Assembly: GCA_025963725.1 (NCBI GenBank)
Contig: JAOQAE010000004.1
Coordinates: 243,616-307,615, forward strand
Direction of reading: 5' to 3'
Source of the DNA: Bacteroidota bacterium
Lineage (GTDB): Bacteria; Bacteroidota; Bacteroidia; 2-12-FULL-35-15
DNA length: 64,000 nt
The notes below the pieces were generated by a model that saw only the letters and a list, made by a program, of their open reading frames with translations, was not told where the DNA came from and ran no database searches. The position numbers were made by a program, and so were the translations under genes. Below, piece after piece: positions 45,017-57,000 of this stretch. Each line of letters starts with the position of its first letter. Within the stretch, counting starts at the first letter, position 1.

Positions 45017-47107
45017 ATGGCTGATAAAATATATTTCTATACCGATCTTGACGCAATAAAGGCGCAGGCACCGAACGATGGTAGGCCTTATGGCTTATTG
45101 GATAGCCTTGACGTAGAATATGAGGCTTTAAATGAGCAGTTCAGCCTTACAAATATTCATACGTTAAATCCGGGCAAGGTCGCAAATGCTTATGCGGTGT
45201 GTAAAGGAACTGTTTTAGCACAGGAAGTTGCTGGCAGTGGAGGGTCCAGGCTGAATGTTTTTTTAAAGCCTGACCCCGAATTTAATTTTGGTGAGCTAAG
45301 TCCTAAAATCCGTTTTTTTGTTTACAGGAATATAAAAGCGTCCACCCTGGTTTCCGGCAGTTTAGTAGCATCCAATCTCAATACCCTGACCTATAAGGTC
45401 CACGAGGATCACTATAAAGAAACTAATAATCATAACCCGGATAAAAAAATCTTAGGGCTTGGGCTTACGCTGGTCAATGGTTATGCAGATGATTATAATA
45501 TTGAGAAAGCGTTTAATGCACCAAAATCCGGCTATGCTTTGCCCGCTATTGATGCCGGGGACTCAATGGGTGAATTTGACGGCTCTGTACAATTTGAGAT
45601 CATTATAGATACGTTCCTGTTTCAACCTGATTTAACTTTTGCCAGGAAGGCATATCACTTGCTGGACCTTGCACCGGCAGGTTCATCCGCGGAAAACGTT
45701 TTAAAGAGGAAAATTGAGAAGGAACAGATATTAGCCTTCCTTGATCCGGCAGCCTTTTTCGGCAGCTTTTACAATTCCAAAATAACTGTTTACGGAAGAA
45801 ATTCAACTGATACTGTAACATCTGCATTTAAGTATACCCACAGTTCAAAAAATATCTTCACGGAAATTCTCTCAACCTTTAAAAATAAGAGTACCGTATA
45901 TTTTGATGTTAGGAATGACTTTAATTATTCGTTTAATACTTTTTCGGATTATACGGAAGAAATTTTAATAGATACGACTAATAACCAAACTGCACCACCT
46001 GCAACTTTCCAGGACTATTATGCAAAAGCCAATAACCAGAATTGGCCTATACTTATCTTAAATGAAACGAATATTACTACCACAGCAACCGATCAGGTTG
46101 TCCGCTTCCAGTTTCCAGTCGGGGATAATTTTATTCCTTTATTATACCTTTCAATAGGGGAATGGTATCAGAATAACAGGGATAAAGCCCAGGGAAAAAA
46201 TAAACGGTTTTACCTCCCTAAAACAGATCGGTCAAATTTTTATATGCTTGACTGGGTAACGATAAAATATAAAGTATATCACAATACAACTTTAAGTACA
46301 TATGTTCCTATTGCTGGATACAACAAGATCTATATATACAGACGGCTGGATGCATCCAATCTTTATATTACGGATAAAAATGCTTCGCCGCGACAGAATA
46401 GCTTTTTAGATAAGGTATTTCAACCCGATAAATTAATTATTCCCTATGCCACTCTCACTAGCGTTAAGATAAAAACTTATGACGATGACTTTTATTTTGA
46501 TACAGCTGAGTTCTTCGGGGTGGACTTTGTCGGGAAAATAGGCATTGCAGAAGATCTGCACAATATCTCCTTATTTGCGTTCGCAACAGACATCAGAGTG
46601 AAAAGCAATAAGCTGAAAAAAGCTCATATGGAATCTATTGTCAGTGAAGAAAAACGCGTAGATAAACACTTTCTGCATTTGATAGACGAAGAATATACAA
46701 ATGATAAAGTTAATTTGACCTCAGAGCAGGTCGATACCGGAACCAGCACGCCGGAGATGGTTGACTTATATAAGTTCGTGAGGGTAAAAAGAAGAAGCAG
46801 ATTAAAAGAGGCTGAATTTGATCACGAATTTATTTCCGTTGAGATAAATCCAACCGTGTATACTTCAATCGTAAATAATTACAGCACATACATCCAGGGA
46901 CTGCCATATTTTCTTGACCTGAAATACCCGCGATCCGAATTTGGCCGGGAGGTAACAACCTCTATGATCGATGGAAAAAGTGTAACTCAGTTTAATATTA
47001 CTACTTCTGGATTTTCTTCGGCATCCGGATCGTTTAAGCTGGCAAGCAACAGCAGTGGAAGTGTTTATGGTTACAAAGTAAAAGATGTAATAGTAGAAAC
47101 CGAATAA
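45017..47107 (+). CDS. Giant-operon gene 1: hypothetical protein, 696 aa, no signal peptide, no recognisable motif
   Basis: Long ORF with ATG; AT-rich codon usage unlike the flanks; 333-bp AT-rich leader upstream; 12-nt gap to gene 2. Confidence 0.6.
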   Translation: MADKIYFYTDLDAIKAQAPNDGRPYGLLDSLDVEYEALNEQFSLTNIHTLNPGKVANAYAVCKGTVLAQEVAGSGGSRLNVFLKPDPEFNFGELSPKIRFFVYRNIKASTLVSGSLVASNLNTLTYKVHEDHYKETNNHNPDKKILGLGLTLVNGYADDYNIEKAFNAPKSGYALPAIDAGDSMGEFDGSVQFEIIIDTFLFQPDLTFARKAYHLLDLAPAGSSAENVLKRKIEKEQILAFLDPAAFFGSFYNSKITVYGRNSTDTVTSAFKYTHSSKNIFTEILSTFKNKSTVYFDVRNDFNYSFNTFSDYTEEILIDTTNNQTAPPATFQDYYAKANNQNWPILILNETNITTTATDQVVRFQFPVGDNFIPLLYLSIGEWYQNNRDKAQGKNKRFYLPKTDRSNFYMLDWVTIKYKVYHNTTLSTYVPIAGYNKIYIYRRLDASNLYITDKNASPRQNSFLDKVFQPDKLIIPYATLTSVKIKTYDDDFYFDTAEFFGVDFVGKIGIAEDLHNISLFAFATDIRVKSNKLKKAHMESIVSEEKRVDKHFLHLIDEEYTNDKVNLTSEQVDTGTSTPEMVDLYKFVRVKRRSRLKEAEFDHEFISVEINPTVYTSIVNNYSTYIQGLPYFLDLKYPRSEFGREVTTSMIDGKSVTQFNITTSGFSSASGSFKLASNSSGSVYGYKVKDVIVETE

Positions 47108-47119
47108 ATATATTTTTTT

Positions 47120-49750
47120 ATGCCGATATATACTGAAAAAACTGCGAATTCGATTCCGGTTCCAGCACCGCCTTCGCCAGCTCCTACCTTCATTTGTGAT
47201 TATACAATCGGGTCGGATAAATATGAAAGGTTAAGGGAGTTCATATTGCTTATTTATAATAACAAAGGTAAAACGGCACTTGATAAAAACGATCCTGTGG
47301 ATCCTGATGATAATGAAACATTCACTTTTCCTCACTCGAATTTATGGGACGATTTTTTCAGGCACATTGTTGTTACAAGTGGAGGGATTCCTACCCTGGA
47401 CACTAACGGATTGCCGTTACTGCTTCCTTTGCCTTTAAGCGACAGTGTTTTAATTAATATACCCAATAATTATGCAAGTGAGGCTGCCACTATCTTTGCC
47501 TACTTCTATTGCACGCTTAATCTTGCATTGGATACCCAATGGGAATTGAATCAAAATACTCCCGGATTGAAATATTATCAAACCTTTGATTATTCAACAG
47601 CCTTTCAAAACCCTTCTGAAGTGTCTTATGACCCGCTTAAAGTGAATATAGTGAGGCCTCTGGATACAACAGCAAAGCTAGAAGCTAAAGCAAACGATCC
47701 CAATAAGTCCTATATCTTTAAGTTGCTTAGAACAAAAATTTCAGAATACGGTATTATGGATAACAGTTCATTGCCGGTAGACAATAAAGTGTTGGTGAAT
47801 AGTTTGTTGAATCCGGTTGCTTCAATCCTGCACTTGCAGGCCGATATTAACCATTTGGATACTTTAAATAAATATGATACAGGTTTTCAGACTTCTTTTT
47901 ATAAAGAAGAAACGGGTTATAATACAAAATACAAGACTCATTTTTTTACTTTATTCCACGCTTTAATTAATCCAGATCATCATAAGGGTGTGAGTGCGCA
48001 GTTTGTTTTAAATACTGGTATTATGGATGAGATGTATTTCAATGATGCGGTAAACACCTTGTTTCGCTTGGTTTTAAGCAGAAATGACGATCTTGATCCG
48101 GAAAAAATTAAGTCGCCCGAATTTAAAATACGCACGGCTTTTTACATAGCTGAACATCTTTACAAATCGTTATCTGATATTATAAATAAATATATTGATG
48201 ACGAAATTGATTGCTTTTTCAAGGGCGTTATGAATACGACAAAAAAACCTGAAGCTCGAATTATTGCTACAGGTGATGGCTCGTCTTCAAAAGGAATTTT
48301 GGGATTAGAGTTATTTGGGGTATTACTTTTTAATTATTCTTTCTATAGTTATGAATTCGGGAAGGTTCTGCCTACGAACGAAATATTTGACTTAAAACAA
48401 GATAAAAAATCGGTAGTTCATTTTAAAATATTTGGTTTGGACGCCGCTGTCCCATCAAAAGTTGTTATTACAAGTCCTACTGATCCGAATGAAACATTTA
48501 CATTAACAGCAAATGTTTCTTCTCCCGATTTGGTATTATCAACATCAGGTACTTCAATAGAATTTGTGGGAAATCTGATTAAGCGCATTAATAATGATGG
48601 CTCTAAAACCCCGTTGGCAATTTTCGATAGTGTTAAACAAAACCTTAAGTACCTTACTGATGAGCCGAAACGATTTAATATTAAATTGGAATCTGCACAG
48701 AGTTTGGTGTTTAATGCATTTGAAGAGGTTCAATTATTGGTTTCTGTTGTCGAAGAATTTAACTCCATCCAGATTTTAAGTTCGCCTATGTCGATTGAGG
48801 TGCAGGATAAATATTCAGACGATAAATTTGAACTTGAAAAAGCGGAGATAGATAAATTATTAACCACAAGTCAGGATATATCCACTTTAAAGCATCTTGT
48901 GGAGTTATTAAAAACAACAACTCCTCCGGCTTTTAATTATACATTATCCGGGCAATTCGTTGGGAAATTGTCAGGAGAAACTGACTCAAAAGTAAAGGCC
49001 GATCCTGACTATATCCCCGATAACTCAACGACTAATATTGAAGCTGGTATAGCCGGGCCGGATTATGAGAAGTTCCGATATTCTTTCGGGACATTGCAGA
49101 TTGCTGCAAATGGGAGTTCCGTAAGTATTGTAATAGATTCATGGGTTAGCCCTCTTCGGTCGAGACTGGACGACAGATTTACGAAAAACACAGCGCAGCC
49201 TCATAATGATGGTACTGATTATGACTGGGATTACAGGAATGATGTTCCACCAGTTCCGCCACCGTTTCATACGGGTGATCCCTCCTTACCCGGCGGGTCT
49301 GCTCCAAGCATGACCCTACTCAATTCTTTCACACTCCCGGGATATAATTTGGCAATTACGGTATCTTCTGTGACTTACTACATTAAAAGCTATAATCAGG
49401 CCTTGGCCTGTTTGAGATCTCTTGGTACTCTCGAAGCTGTGTTTTACAGATTATATGACGTTTGGATAGGGGCACATCCTTCGGAAGCAACTCTTGCCGC
49501 GACAACGTTGAAAGCGATACTGAACAGTACATCAACTGTGGTGGAATCTTATGATAAAACGGGAACGGTAAGAGGATTTTCGGGGCAGTATGAGTTAAGC
49601 TCTCCCATAACATATGCAGACTTTAAGGCCTTGAAATGGTACCGACTTTTTAAAACAACTTATAAAGCCGGGACGAACCAGGTGGAGGTACATAATGATC
49701 CCGTTAACGACAATTATGAACATTTCCTTTACAGACATGAGTTGGATTAA
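47120..49750 (+). CDS. Giant-operon gene 2: hypothetical protein, 876 aa, Pro-rich N-terminus (PVPAPPSPAPT), no signal peptide
   Basis: Long ORF; overlaps gene 3 by 14 nt. Confidence 0.6.
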   Translation: MPIYTEKTANSIPVPAPPSPAPTFICDYTIGSDKYERLREFILLIYNNKGKTALDKNDPVDPDDNETFTFPHSNLWDDFFRHIVVTSGGIPTLDTNGLPLLLPLPLSDSVLINIPNNYASEAATIFAYFYCTLNLALDTQWELNQNTPGLKYYQTFDYSTAFQNPSEVSYDPLKVNIVRPLDTTAKLEAKANDPNKSYIFKLLRTKISEYGIMDNSSLPVDNKVLVNSLLNPVASILHLQADINHLDTLNKYDTGFQTSFYKEETGYNTKYKTHFFTLFHALINPDHHKGVSAQFVLNTGIMDEMYFNDAVNTLFRLVLSRNDDLDPEKIKSPEFKIRTAFYIAEHLYKSLSDIINKYIDDEIDCFFKGVMNTTKKPEARIIATGDGSSSKGILGLELFGVLLFNYSFYSYEFGKVLPTNEIFDLKQDKKSVVHFKIFGLDAAVPSKVVITSPTDPNETFTLTANVSSPDLVLSTSGTSIEFVGNLIKRINNDGSKTPLAIFDSVKQNLKYLTDEPKRFNIKLESAQSLVFNAFEEVQLLVSVVEEFNSIQILSSPMSIEVQDKYSDDKFELEKAEIDKLLTTSQDISTLKHLVELLKTTTPPAFNYTLSGQFVGKLSGETDSKVKADPDYIPDNSTTNIEAGIAGPDYEKFRYSFGTLQIAANGSSVSIVIDSWVSPLRSRLDDRFTKNTAQPHNDGTDYDWDYRNDVPPVPPPFHTGDPSLPGGSAPSMTLLNSFTLPGYNLAITVSSVTYYIKSYNQALACLRSLGTLEAVFYRLYDVWIGAHPSEATLAATTLKAILNSTSTVVESYDKTGTVRGFSGQYELSSPITYADFKALKWYRLFKTTYKAGTNQVEVHNDPVNDNYEHFLYRHELD

Positions 49751-51050
49751 GAAATTAAATATATTGGTCTTTTCAGGATTGGCATTTGGTATAAATACTA
49801 CAGCCCAGGAAAAACTATTGCCGCTTTCGAAACTGGCTAATTGTAAAGTATATGACATTCCAGCTCAGGATTCTTTGAAGACCTGTGATGCTTATAAGCA
49901 CCCGGAAAGAGTATATGCAATTAGCTATACTTTCAATTTTGGACGGTCCAAAAAGGAAAACTGGGATGAGTTGCCATTCACCGCTAAGGACTTCCCCAAC
50001 CTGCAGTTCCTGATTTTGAACAATTTTTATCCATTGCCTTTAAATATATGTGAGTTTCGAAAACTTCAAGTACTTTTTTCTAATAATAGTGATGATAGTC
50101 GTAACAGCGATACTTATGCTGAGAGATTAGCAAGCCGCCCTAAATATATTTCTCCGGAATTTTATTCATTGGGGAATCTTAAAATATTTTATACTAATTC
50201 CCTGGCTCCCAACAGTTATAACGGATTTCCACTGACGGCATTTTATTTTGATGTTAAAAAACTCGAAGGTATGAAAAGCCTCCAGTTAATGGATCTTCCC
50301 GATGGCTTAATGGATGATAAAATTATACCGGCTTTTTTTACTACACATTTAAGGGTAGTTGTTAACTCAAATAATGGATGTTTATTTATGGACTCCTTTA
50401 ATCAGGCTGTCCAGAATCTGGAAAAACAAAAGTTAGATCCTAAAATATCTGAAGGAGTAATTCGATTCAATAAGTTAAGTCAGGATATCCTTTTCGTGAA
50501 CGCAGAAACTCATGGTGAGGGTTATTTCGAAGGAAAAGATAAAATTGATTTAAATACACCTGTTTCTAATAAAAGCCTACTGAAAAAATATATCACATAT
50601 TTAAATCAGCAGAGTGGTATTAAGAATAAAACTTCCGTTAAGAAAGAATACAATATTTATAATTCCGATTATTTTGGCTATTCGGTCAACCTCATAGAGC
50701 TTCAGGACAATGAACTGCCAGTATTGGATACGGTTGCATTCAGGAAAAATGATTTATACGAAAGGCATATAGGTTTTGTAAAATATAAAGTGGAGCAAAA
50801 AACTACCATGTATTATTATCCTAGAACAGGTTCATATATCTTAAAAACAACTTATTACAACGGTTTGGAAAGTTATAGGGTTGATGTAAAATGGTATTCT
50901 GTGATGCAGGGAAATAAAGTACAGGTAAAGTGGATTGAGGAGACAGATGAAAATTACGAGTATTATGACTATAAAAAATCGGATCAAAAAATAAAAGGGC
51001 ATAATTACAAGCTTGAAGAGAAATTCAATAGGGAAATCACATTAAAATAA
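49737..51050 (+). CDS. Giant-operon gene 3: secreted protein (signal peptide MSWIKKLNILVFSGLAFGINTTAQ) with leucine-rich-repeat-like segments, 437 aa
   Basis: ATG at 49737 in the same frame as the track ORF (49695). Hydrophobic h-region and AQ cleavage-like site. LRR-like LxxLxxLxLxxN stretches (FPNLQFLILNNFYPLPLNICEFRKLQVLFSNNS; LGNLKIFYTNSL). Confidence 0.55.
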   Translation: MSWIKKLNILVFSGLAFGINTTAQEKLLPLSKLANCKVYDIPAQDSLKTCDAYKHPERVYAISYTFNFGRSKKENWDELPFTAKDFPNLQFLILNNFYPLPLNICEFRKLQVLFSNNSDDSRNSDTYAERLASRPKYISPEFYSLGNLKIFYTNSLAPNSYNGFPLTAFYFDVKKLEGMKSLQLMDLPDGLMDDKIIPAFFTTHLRVVVNSNNGCLFMDSFNQAVQNLEKQKLDPKISEGVIRFNKLSQDILFVNAETHGEGYFEGKDKIDLNTPVSNKSLLKKYITYLNQQSGIKNKTSVKKEYNIYNSDYFGYSVNLIELQDNELPVLDTVAFRKNDLYERHIGFVKYKVEQKTTMYYYPRTGSYILKTTYYNGLESYRVDVKWYSVMQGNKVQVKWIEETDENYEYYDYKKSDQKIKGHNYKLEEKFNREITLK

Positions 51051-51056
51051 TAGCTT

Positions 51057-54000
51057 ATGTATCCATCCATTATAAGGTTAGTAGACAAAGATATCCTTGA
51101 AAAGGTATTGGGAGATAACTTTTCGTTCGACAATACTCTTTTGGCAAAAATATTCTATGGGAACCATGTGTTTGATAAAAGCCGGTATGGCGACGAGGTT
51201 ACACATTCCCTTGACCTGATCTTTGGAGACTCTCTTGGTATTGAAATACCTGGCTTGAACGGGACTAAATTATTACTCAACCCCAGTGCCACAGGTGGAA
51301 CACAGGTGCCTCTGAGCTTTAATTATAATTTAGTTGCACTGAAGTACTTAAAGACCCTTAGTATAGAGTCGATAACTGAAGATCCAAGAGTTATACTTGA
51401 ATTTTTATCAGACTTATTTGATGTTTCCTACGAGGAGCTGATAACGAAGTGTATCACTATATTAGTAGATGATCCGAATCCGGTACAGAAATTCATTTCG
51501 GATTTTAATGCTAAGTATAGTCCTGCTGTCCCGCTGGTTTATAATGCTTCGGATCCTTATCCTTATTTGACAATAGCTGAAAAGGCGCTCGACAACAATA
51601 TCAATCCCCTTGATGCGATTCACGATCTTTATATTGCGGGAAATGATTTTGACACTATCTTAAAGAATATAAAGGCTTTACTTTCTTCTTATGTAGATCA
51701 GCTGACATTGAACGATATAAAGGAATTGCTAATTCCCAAATTCTCACTTTCTATTGATGAAATTGAAGCAGCCCTGGAATTCCCCCGGGATTTATTCGTT
51801 CCGATCGCAACCCCGACTTACAATTCAATACCGCCTACGACACTGGGAGAACCTCTGCCCGAGCCTTATAAGACGAGGTTGACATTTGACATCGGGTCAA
51901 TGGGCTATTCGAGTGAAACGGGATTTAGTTTCGAGCCGGGAGGCACGTTTGGATTCCAAAAGTCATTTATTCTGGGAACTAAATTTTCATTAGAGGTTAT
52001 CGGTTTAAAGTTAGACCTGAGCAGGACTAAAAACATTCCGGAAGCGACAGCAGACGGGCGGCCAAATGATTTTATCGGGGTGTATATAACTGATGCGACC
52101 ATTGGCTTTCCTGCCGACTGGAATCATAACTCCACAGGTTCAACGGCCGAATTATATGTTCATAATTTATTAGCGGGTACTGGCGGCATTTCCGGTAAAA
52201 TTGGGTTGAGGGCAATCACTGCCGGCACTTTATCTCCTGTAATAAAAATCACATTCGGCAGCGGCTTCAGCGCCGAGCTCGATGCATTTGACCTCACCTT
52301 TCAGCAGAATCAGATCATCGGCTCCAACATAAAAGGTGCAATGACCATTCCCGGCTTTAAGGATAATGTTACCGGGGACGATGCTAAAATATTTATTGAT
52401 ATCCACATCGGGCAGGACGGCGAATTTAATGTTGTGGCCTCTCTTGAGCATCCGATGCCTGCCATCAAAATACCCGATGTATTCGCATTTGATATAAAAA
52501 GCGTTTTTATCGGAAAGAAGGATGGCCGCTTTTATATCGGCGTTTCAGGTGATATTGATTTCTTATTGCAGGACCCGATCGGGAAGTTCCTGCCTGATAA
52601 GATCGATATAAAGAAGCTGATCATATACGACGATGGAAAATTTGAAATTGAAGGCGGCTCAATATACCTGCCGAAGGCATTTGAATTAAAGCTGGGGCCT
52701 GCTAAGATCGGGATTACAGCAATCCATTTAGGTTCATACGAGAAAGAGGGCCGTCAGTATAAATATTTCGGTTTCGACGGTGGAGTGAATGTGAATCCGG
52801 GAGGGGTTGACGCACGCGGAAAAGGAATTAAATATTATTATACCGTTGATGGCGACCCGTTTAAATGGTTCATCAGGCTTGAAAGCCTGGCGATCGATAT
52901 CATTATTCCGGGCAGCGCTAAAAAAGAAGATGCCGCAGTAATTATCAAAGGCTTCCTGTCTATCAAAGATCCTAAAATAGATCCTTTAACACCCGAGCCC
53001 TTAAAAACAACTCTTAAAAACTCAACCGAGTATGCCGGTGGCGTATATGTTTCCATCCCCAAATTCAAGGGCCTGGAAGCGAGCGCCTCCATGAAGTTCA
53101 CGCCACAGGTTCCCGCGTTCATCATAGACCTTGGCATCGAGATCTCAACTCCGATCTTATTAGGAACTACAGGCCTTGGGATCTATGGTTTCAGGGCGAT
53201 ATTCGGCAAGCGCTATGTTGCAACGAAGATGGCTGCTGAAATACCTGAGGATGGAGAATGGTGGCAATATTATAAAGCCAAGATCGATCCGGACTATAAG
53301 GAAGGCATACAGGTTTCTAAATTCTCTATCAAAGAAGGTTTCAGCATCGGTGCCGGAGTATCCTTAGCAACGTCGAGCGATTCGGGTAAGACCTTCTCCT
53401 CCAAATTATTTTTCCTGCTTTCATTGCCGGATGTATTCCTCTTCCAGGGGCAAGCACAGTTCCTGAAAGGAAGGATCAGCCTTGACTCGGTTCCCGATCC
53501 GCCGTTCTTTGCGCTTATTGCCATTACGAAGCATTCAATTGAAGCGGGATTTGGGATCAATTACAAAATGCCTGAAGAAACAGGAAGGCTGGTTACCGTT
53601 GATGGCGTTACAGAACTCGGGTTCTTTTTCGGCGATTCAGCAGCATGGTACTTTAATATTGGAAGAGAGTCGCCGGACTCTATGAGAATACAGGCAAGGG
53701 TTTTTGATATCCTTAACATGTATTTCTACTTTATGATCTCCAATAGCGGGATCCGCGCCGGCGCCGGCGTGAGCTTCGAGCTGAAGAAATCATTCGGCCC
53801 GCTCAGCGCCGAGCTGAAAGCATACATCGATACCAAAGGAAAGATCAGCTTCAGGCCTAAGCAAATTGGCGGCGCCATCCAGATGGGTGGTACCGTGGCT
53901 TTAAAATGCTGCGGTTTCGGGTTCAGCGTTTCCGGTGGAGCCACCCTTGCAGCTGAAGCGCCGAGGCCTCACATTATTACGGGTGAGTTCGAAGTATGTG

Positions 54001-57000
54001 TAAAAGTGCTTAAGAAGCAGCGCTGCGCTCATTTCGAATTTACATGGAATTTTGAGCATGAATTAAATAAGGCAAGGAATGGAGTGTTAGCCGAAGCCAG
54101 GACCGATGGCAGTGGTCTTTCCGATCTGAATGATCTAAACAAGGTTGCGAAGGCGAATCACATGGTTACCGGAGAAACATTGAACCTTGCCTATAAAGTT
54201 TTAAATGACGGACAGGGAACTTCTTCAATAGCTATTCCACATCCCGATGCCTGGATAAACGGCTATGGCCCCGATGATTTCAGAGTGCCTGTAGATACGT
54301 TTATAGATATAGAATTTAAGAAGGGCCTGAACGTATCGCCTTCTTCCAGCCTCGTTAACAACCTCAATAAGATCGGTGGGATTTCATCTCCCTGTCAGTT
54401 CGTGGAATTTGTTCCGCCTCAAAGAGGAAAATCGGATCGGGTTCGTCATGAATATTATTTTGAGGATATTGAAATAAAGTATTGGGATGAAAATTCAAAT
54501 ACCTGGGAGAATTATAACTTTTACGATGCAATGATCCCAATGTTCCCGGGAACAGAACAAGTGGGTGCATTGATCGATCCTGCCGTGCTCGCTAATATGA
54601 AATGGGGCTACTGGCAGCAGCAAAGGCCGGGGTTCAATAATAAGTTAAGGATCCTTGCAACTACCCCTTTATCATACATTGCCAAAACGGGAAGCCTGCC
54701 AATTGAGGATCTTGGTATTACCGGCAGCACTATTTTATGTCCGGGGGAACCTGTTCCTGAAACTTGTATAAAATTCGGAAAAGGCCAGGTGAATAAAAGC
54801 TATCCGGCGAATGTGCTGAATACCTTTAAGGGGATTCTTATAAAGATCACCACGCAGGACGGACTTGTTTTATACCTGCCGTATCTGGGCATCGATAATG
54901 GCCTGATGATCCAGCCGGGAAATACAATTGAATTGTTCTTTAATGAACCAATGAGATTTGTTAACCTCACAATTAACTCCGGGGCACCATATATAACAGT
55001 TGAGTATTATCAGCGTGTTACCGTTGTTGATGGTGCAGGGGAAGAAATTTTATCGGGAGGATTACCTGTTTTTCAATACGAGCTGATCGAATCGGTAAAT
55101 TATTATGATACTGACTGGGCGGATGAAATTCATTATGAGCATTCGGATAAAAATATTGATTATGTGAAGATCACATCGGTCAGCTGTTATGAAGAAGAGA
55201 AGGGCGGGGGAAAGGAAGAAAAAGAAGAAAAAGAAGAGGAAGAGAGCACCATCACCTGCCTGAAAGCGGATGAGTCAATCGGAACAAGGCTGAGTGAGCT
55301 GGAAGGTTTTATCGGGGCCCTCATTGAAAACGGGCATTTTACGGCCGGCTTTGTTGAGCTCTACCCTGAGAACAATGATATTTATAATGGTACATATATA
55401 GGGACAAGCTTATATCCGAATATAGCTACCCGGACACTGATAATAAACCTGACCCAGGGCTATATTTCTTCAACCACATTATTATTTACGGTTTCTGATA
55501 ATTTAGGGTTCAACTGTAATTACTCTTTTGAGCTCCTAAAACCGGTGGAAGGTTTCAGCTTTAATAAAATTGAATCCGTTGTAAGTATTGTGCCTTATAC
55601 CACGGGAGCAACAGCCGGAATAAATTATACGTTTCTGCTTACAGTAACAATAGAAATAGACGGTGAAGTGGTGGAGGTTCAGATCATCGGCAAAACCTGC
55701 ATGCCAACGGCTTATTGCTTTGATAAGTGCAGCACAGGTTTATACCGGATCTGCTATTTATCGTATGCCGATTATTTATTGAACCAGACCATCCCGGACG
55801 GTTCTGAACAGGAAGCGAACAATGATGCGCTCCTCGAGGGGATCAATAAAACACTGCAGCCGATCTGGAGGCCTAATACAACTTTTGCGATCAGGATAAA
55901 AACATCCGACTGCCTTTCGCGGGAAGGAGAAAGTTCATTATTAGTGCCGAAGTTCAATCTTGATATAGTTTATGGATTTAAAACCGCCGGGCCTGTTGGC
56001 CATTACCACAATTATGCTGTAGATAATTCGCCTCCGGCCCAGGTGCTCCGCCAGGATTATCAGCTGTTAGACGATGCCGACAGGCAGGATGACTTTAAAT
56101 TATTGTCATTAAAATATTATATCGATTTTAATAAATGCTACCCGAACGCCGATGGCGATATAATCAATGCCAAGCCGTTATTTTATGTGAATGCCGAATT
56201 GCGCCTGTTCTACCTTTACAATTATGTTTATGAGTTCTTTAATGATTGGGTGGATACAAACACTTCTGCAGCGAATCCTTATGTTGCACAATCATCATTA
56301 GAAGTACTGGTAAGGGATCCTGAAGATTCGTCTATTCCCGAGATGAATGCCGAATCGGGCTTTGTAGGCAGCAGCATTTCACATGCTAACCCGGGAGGAA
56401 CGGGCCTGCCGCCGGTCAATATCAACAGCATTAATAACGATATAAGCACGCTTAATAACATCCTTCTGAATGGAAACCCCTGCGCAGGTTATACTCCTTT
56501 GGCGCCAATAGATATCTCCACTAAAAAAACGCTGGACCTCAAGCCATTAAAGCTATACACTGCTCAGTTCATCGCGAAATACAATCCTCTGATAGATGAT
56601 CAGTATGCTTCAAGTCCGTATGAGTCGCTCGTGCATTCCTATTCCTTCCAGACATCGCGATACAGCAGCTTTGAAGAGCAGGTGGAAAGCTATATTCTGA
56701 AAACGGATGGCGTGGGCGCTATTTTAAAGGCGGCGGTATTTACGCTTAGCGCGGAAACGGTTAATTCTATCCTTGATCTTGGATTGGCAACGGATGTGAT
56801 CACTAATAATACAGCGTCCATACCCGATGATATTAAGCTGCAATACGCTGATCAGTTCGACCGGTTAATAAATGGCGTTCTGCATATCGATTACAATAAA
56901 TTACATGCTGCTGTCACAACAGAGTTTAATCTCATCACACATCCGGATACACCGGAAACAGTGATCGGGATCCTAATCCGGAACCCGGAGCCATTCAATG

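Noticed and set aside
53380-53400. SDSGKTFSS in giant gene 4 as a possible Walker A / P-loop
   Set aside because: It does not fit [AG]xxxxGK[ST] (Ser precedes GKT, no upstream Gly/Ala at the right spacing) and there are no Walker B or helicase motifs downstream. No GK[ST] P-loop candidate found in the other four proteins either.
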